A stretch of DNA of 64,000 nt from the NCBI GenBank assembly GCA_038134595.1, contig JAYPVM010000005.1:32001-96000 (forward strand), given 5' to 3'. The notes under the pieces are model-generated. The model was not told the origin of the DNA, searched no databases, and was given only the letters and a program-made list of their open reading frames with translations. The stretch's first letter is position 1. The number at the start of each line of letters is the position of its first letter. This DNA is from Pseudomonadota bacterium (GTDB lineage Bacteria; Bdellovibrionota_C; UBA2361; OMII01). Shown in pieces: positions 60,278-64,000 of the stretch. Position numbers and translations under genes: made by a program.

Positions 60278-61330
60278 TTAAACAACTCGCAAAGCGAAGC
60301 GATCTCCCATAACGCATAAATCTGCTTCACCTACCTTTTCGCGGTTCACACAAATATTCATCCGATTTGTAACCTCCGATGAAAGTGATACGGTCGCGCC
60401 TGCTTGCTGCAATTCTTGAAGCGTATGCTGGTCGACCATAGCTGTTCCACACTCGATACTGACTCTCGTTGTTCCGTTCTGCAGCAATCCGCCAGAAGGA
60501 AGTCCCGGCACCACCTTACACACGAAGCTCTCCGCACTCCTCATTAACTTGGCCGCAGCAAACGGCCTATGACCAACTCGTAACAACACAACGTCGGATA
60601 CGCTCCGCTCGAGGTCAATTATCGCCCCCTTTTTTAAATATTCAGGGAGCATATGGGGGGGCACACCAAGCTGTGCAACCTCAACACGGATTTCGCCGTC
60701 ACTCGACTCAACACCACTACCAGCTTTTAATGAAGAATGTATCTGACGCCTCCACAAACCATCCATCCTACCGACGAAAGTACTTGATACAAATAGCGAG
60801 ACACTACAGGTAATGCCGTTAACGCTAAAGTTTAACTTTATTCCCGCGGTAGCAGTACAGTCTGACGGCAGGTCCTTTCCAAAAAATCGACACTCCGTAT
60901 TATCGACTATCGTCTGATGCCGCATCAAAAACACTAGGAAGCGCTGAGCTATATATTCAACGAAAATCTGCCCCCCCAGCTTGGAAAATGCACGCGGGTG
61001 TACCTCACGCAAGAGAAATTCAACTGTCGGCGTATCGAAGGCGAGCCATAGAGGCTGCTCATCTACCGTAGCTCGAAAACAGGTGGAATCGGCCTGTGGA
61101 GACCCCAAAAAAGGTTTTACATCACCAACTCGCATATCCACACTAAACGATGAATAAAGGGACATCCACGGCTCCGAAAACCCCACACACCATTTTTCGG
61201 GCCGTGAGCGTAAGAATCCATTACTCCACTGAACCTCTTCCGGAGAGATGGCAGAGAGGAACACGCGAGGATCCCACTCCTCGAGGGCAGCTGGGTTATC
61301 GCCTTTTTTTTGTTCGTTACCGTTTGTCAT
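60278..61330 (-). CDS. SctQ/FliM-FliN-like C-ring protein with two SpoA domains
   Basis: SpoA-like 1 IRVEVAQL...LKKGAIIDL...FAAAKL; SpoA-like 2 VSIECG...GATVSL...VNREKVGEADLCVMGDRFALRV. Confidence 0.78.
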   Translation of the reverse strand: MTNGNEQKKGDNPAALEEWDPRVFLSAISPEEVQWSNGFLRSRPEKWCVGFSEPWMSLYSSFSVDMRVGDVKPFLGSPQADSTCFRATVDEQPLWLAFDTPTVEFLLREVHPRAFSKLGGQIFVEYIAQRFLVFLMRHQTIVDNTECRFFGKDLPSDCTATAGIKLNFSVNGITCSVSLFVSSTFVGRMDGLWRRQIHSSLKAGSGVESSDGEIRVEVAQLGVPPHMLPEYLKKGAIIDLERSVSDVVLLRVGHRPFAAAKLMRSAESFVCKVVPGLPSGGLLQNGTTRVSIECGTAMVDQHTLQELQQAGATVSLSSEVTNRMNICVNREKVGEADLCVMGDRFALRVV

Positions 61331-61346
61331 CTAACCTACGTTCGCC

Positions 61347-61673
61347 TTATTCTGACTCTCCCATCAAAGCCTCTTCTTCAATACGCTCATCAACCTCAAT
61401 CAACCTCCGTTCGGCTCGTGCGAGATCCGCCACTGCTCGTTCAAGATCGGCTTGCAATTCATCACACCTTTGCCTGTGGACTCGCAAATGAGCCTCTCTC
61501 ACCTGCCCGACACTGGCCTGTCCGCGTAGCACCATACCTTCTCGCAGTTCCTTTACCACCGCATCAACACGAGCTATCTCCACCTCTATTTCTCGAACTT
61601 TCACAGCTCGCACCTGCACCTCTGCAACAACTTTTTGACGATATTCAATAAGCTCGTGATCATCAGCAGCCAC
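61347..61673 (-). CDS. Coiled-coil protein, possibly SctO/FliJ-like
   Basis: Two long heptad helices; directly upstream of the sctQ-like gene. Confidence 0.55.
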   Translation of the reverse strand: MAADDHELIEYRQKVVAEVQVRAVKVREIEVEIARVDAVVKELREGMVLRGQASVGQVREAHLRVHRQRCDELQADLERAVADLARAERRLIEVDERIEEEALMGESE

Positions 61674-61677
61674 TGCT

Positions 61678-61902
61678 TTAAACCTCTTCTAATGCTTTTC
61701 GGAGCATAGTTCCAACGTACGGAAATCGAGCATCCAAGTCCAAACTAAGCAATTCTTCTGCCGCCGAGCGAAGTTCTTGGCCATTAAATGCATCGCTCTC
61801 AAGTACCTCTAGGCATTCTTTGCCTTCGATCAATACAGCCACCGCGACCTTTATACGATGCGCAGCCGTTAGTGCTTGAAAGAGGCTAGAACCATTGCGC
61901 AT
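61678..61902 (-). CDS. Small helical protein at the SctK/FliG position
   Basis: Starts immediately after the sctJ-like stop; 74 aa; AAGGAG SD. Confidence 0.55.
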   Translation of the reverse strand: MRNGSSLFQALTAAHRIKVAVAVLIEGKECLEVLESDAFNGQELRSAAEELLSLDLDARFPYVGTMLRKALEEV

Positions 61903-62751
61903 CTAAGTCTCCTCTTTCTCCACATTTTCAGCCCCCAACATACTCTGTCCCTCGTCTCGTCTCGCTAGTCTTTTTGCCGACGAGCGAACCGCAAATGCCC
62001 TCCTAATTGAACGATATTGTCCAATTAAATAGCCGGCACTCCCAGCAATTGCACCCACGAAAAGAACAATTCCAAAAAATAAGAAAACTAAATCTCGATG
62101 GAGAGCGACAGGTACTCGCCAGAAATACATGAATGAGTTTGTCTCTTGGCCTGTGCCTGAAGGGTCGAGGTCAGTTTCTTGCGAACCTGTGCGATGAATA
62201 GAAACCAGTATGTTCTCGTTGGCGATGGTAGGAAACACGTTTTCGACCAAAGTTTTGCAATGCTCAATGCTAAGATCGCTACTAGCCGAGACCTTCAGTA
62301 CGACAGTAACAGAGGCCTCAGTCGACGCACGAGCCGAGTGTTTTCTGACAACAACGCCAGCATCCACCACGGTTGCGAGTCTAGCTAGCGCCCCCTCTAG
62401 TTCTGCTGCTAGCGCTCGATCGAGCCGTACGTTATCCACACTTCTCGAGACAGGCAGGATTCCATTGGATGCCGTCATTTGCTCAAAGGTCGGCTGATGC
62501 TCGCCCGGAAGTCCTAACAGACCTAAAAGCGTTGCTGCTCGTGGATAGTCCTCATCCGAAACAGTAACAGAAAACCCTCCACGCCCGGCTCGTCGCGCCT
62601 CTAACTTAGCTTGAATTCCTCTTCGGTGAAGCACAGAAACGATTTGATTGGCCTCCCTTTGATCAACATCTGACGCAACGGGCGTGACATCACAACCCGT
62701 CACTACAATCAGCAAACCTAACCCTGTAAGAGAACCCCAAAAAGCCTTCAT
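61903..62751 (-). CDS. SctJ/YscJ (PrgK/FliF family) inner-membrane ring lipoprotein
   Basis: Lipobox VTGC; QREANQIVSVL, AATLLGLLGLP, RALAAELEGAL..L..VVDAGV, ASVTVVL; C-terminal TM and basic tail. Confidence 0.85.
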   Translation of the reverse strand: MKAFWGSLTGLGLLIVVTGCDVTPVASDVDQREANQIVSVLHRRGIQAKLEARRAGRGGFSVTVSDEDYPRAATLLGLLGLPGEHQPTFEQMTASNGILPVSRSVDNVRLDRALAAELEGALARLATVVDAGVVVRKHSARASTEASVTVVLKVSASSDLSIEHCKTLVENVFPTIANENILVSIHRTGSQETDLDPSGTGQETNSFMYFWRVPVALHRDLVFLFFGIVLFVGAIAGSAGYLIGQYRSIRRAFAVRSSAKRLARRDEGQSMLGAENVEKEET

Positions 62752-62762
62752 ACATGCCCTAT

Positions 62763-64000
62763 TTATTCAGGAACAAGCACAACTAGAAACTCTACATCCC
62801 CAAATCGTATCCAATCTCCATGCTGAACCTCAATAACACTTTCCTCTCTTCTGTATTGAGCATCGCCTTGAGAACGAATAAACGTGCCTCGCTCACTCAT
62901 CAGATCTTGAATAAGAAGCCTGCTATCGGTTATCGAGACCAACGCATGTGGTGTCGACATACTTTGGTCTTCGAGAATCAGATCTGAATCTCGGATACTT
63001 GTGCCCGTTATAAAAAAACGTCCTGCTCTTAGCTCAATCGCCCTACCATCACGATTCTCGTAACTTACCAACCATCCAGAAAGACGGCCCGCGCGCATCT
63101 TACCTCGGCGCACGCTCTGCTCCTCAGTGGAAACAGAGCCGTCAGTGGACAGCATACTCACCGGTTTTGTCCTTTGCTCGCCACCCTCTGCCGATACTTG
63201 CTGCGTGCTTTCTTTTCGTTGCGTTTCGCGCACCTGCTGTTTCGCAACCGCTGGCTCTATAGGCTTGTTTGGCATAGGGCTTGAGCCAACTGACTCGTTT
63301 TTTGGTAATACACGCTGCTTGTCTTGATGACGTCCCGTCTGGCCAGAGCGTTCTCGTCCTTGTTTTTCTTGCCGTTTAAGCTTGGCGCCAAACCTCGGCT
63401 TGACTCCCCGCGGAGCTAGATGACGGTCTCCACTACCCGAGTGCTCGCGTTTTTGCGAAAACTTACTACTGTCTTTCCCTAACGGCCCTACTGAGGTCGC
63501 TCCGCGTTCTCTTGAAGATCTCTCCTCTTCTACTGTACCTAATTGAAACTTACCAGTGGTCGCTGATTTCGCATCATCTCCTGAAAAAGAGTCATCTGCC
63601 GCCAATTCTTCAGACCCACCAAGTCCCGAAGCATCGTCATCCTTACCTGATTGTTCCTGAAAAGATTCGGCGTCGTGTGCAGGCGAGTCAATATCTCCAA
63701 CTGGCTCATCAAGCTCTAAGTCGCCTGCGTCTAATTCGTCTAAAAACGCCCCTAACGGGTCAAAATCCCCAGAGGTAACCCCACTACCACTTTCACCCTC
63801 TGGCTCAGTATCCATAACACCGGCCGCGATCTTTTCTACCTCTTCAGGTTTTGCAGAGACGGTTCTCTGCCGCACTCGTCCTGACTCAGTCGGCTGATCT
63901 TTTAGATCATCGCTGTCCTTCTTAGATTCCAACGAAGCGTTGCAAATTCGACACCTCGCAGCGCTGGCTGGAACCAAGCTCCTGCATGTTGGACATCGAA
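62763..64000 (-). CDS. Zn-ribbon + long disordered linker + C-terminal FHA domain protein; 5' end beyond the window
   Basis: Frame is open to the window edge: RCPTCRSLVPASAARCRIC (CxxC-x10-CxxC); C-terminal DLILEDQSMSTPHA...IQDLMSERGTF...GDWIRFG FHA pattern. Confidence 0.8.
   Translation of the reverse strand, partial: RCPTCRSLVPASAARCRICNASLESKKDSDDLKDQPTESGRVRQRTVSAKPEEVEKIAAGVMDTEPEGESGSGVTSGDFDPLGAFLDELDAGDLELDEPVGDIDSPAHDAESFQEQSGKDDDASGLGGSEELAADDSFSGDDAKSATTGKFQLGTVEEERSSRERGATSVGPLGKDSSKFSQKREHSGSGDRHLAPRGVKPRFGAKLKRQEKQGRERSGQTGRHQDKQRVLPKNESVGSSPMPNKPIEPAVAKQQVRETQRKESTQQVSAEGGEQRTKPVSMLSTDGSVSTEEQSVRRGKMRAGRLSGWLVSYENRDGRAIELRAGRFFITGTSIRDSDLILEDQSMSTPHALVSITDSRLLIQDLMSERGTFIRSQGDAQYRREESVIEVQHGDWIRFGDVEFLVVLVPE

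Noticed and set aside
1..64000. CRISPR arrays, IS elements, rRNA, tmRNA, RNase P RNA, long tandem repeats
   Set aside because: None recognised when reading the intergenic regions by eye; short or highly divergent elements cannot be excluded without a search

Overview
Gene-dense bacterial chromosomal window, mostly housekeeping. It carries a partial acyl-CoA dehydrogenase, sdhCAB, dus, argS, aspS, tRNA-Leu(TAA), argA, ftsW-murG, an alpha/beta-hydrolase-murF-ddl-yacG operon, a methylcrotonyl-CoA-carboxylase-like pair, mgtE, a Ca/Na antiporter, a GH13 enzyme and an orphan Dam-type methyltransferase. I saw no rRNA, CRISPR array, transposase, integrase or prophage. The unusual items are: (1) one 1316-aa ORF fusing an apparently intact RecJ exonuclease to a Hef/FANCM/Mph1-like SF2 helicase; (2) at the right end, a reduced type III secretion-like operon (Zn-ribbon/FHA protein, SctJ, small ORFs, two-SpoA SctQ, TPR protein) with no SctL, SctN or export-gate genes in the window; (3) an ABC permease fused to its binding protein through a signal-peptide-like linker; (4) two SNF2 ATPases, one with HARP-like N-terminal segments; (5) a partnerless, N-terminally short HerA-like ATPase; (6) a small orphan ORF whose Shine-Dalgarno sits at the base of a ~115-nt hairpin. 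All calls come from reading motifs by eye. No database searches were run.
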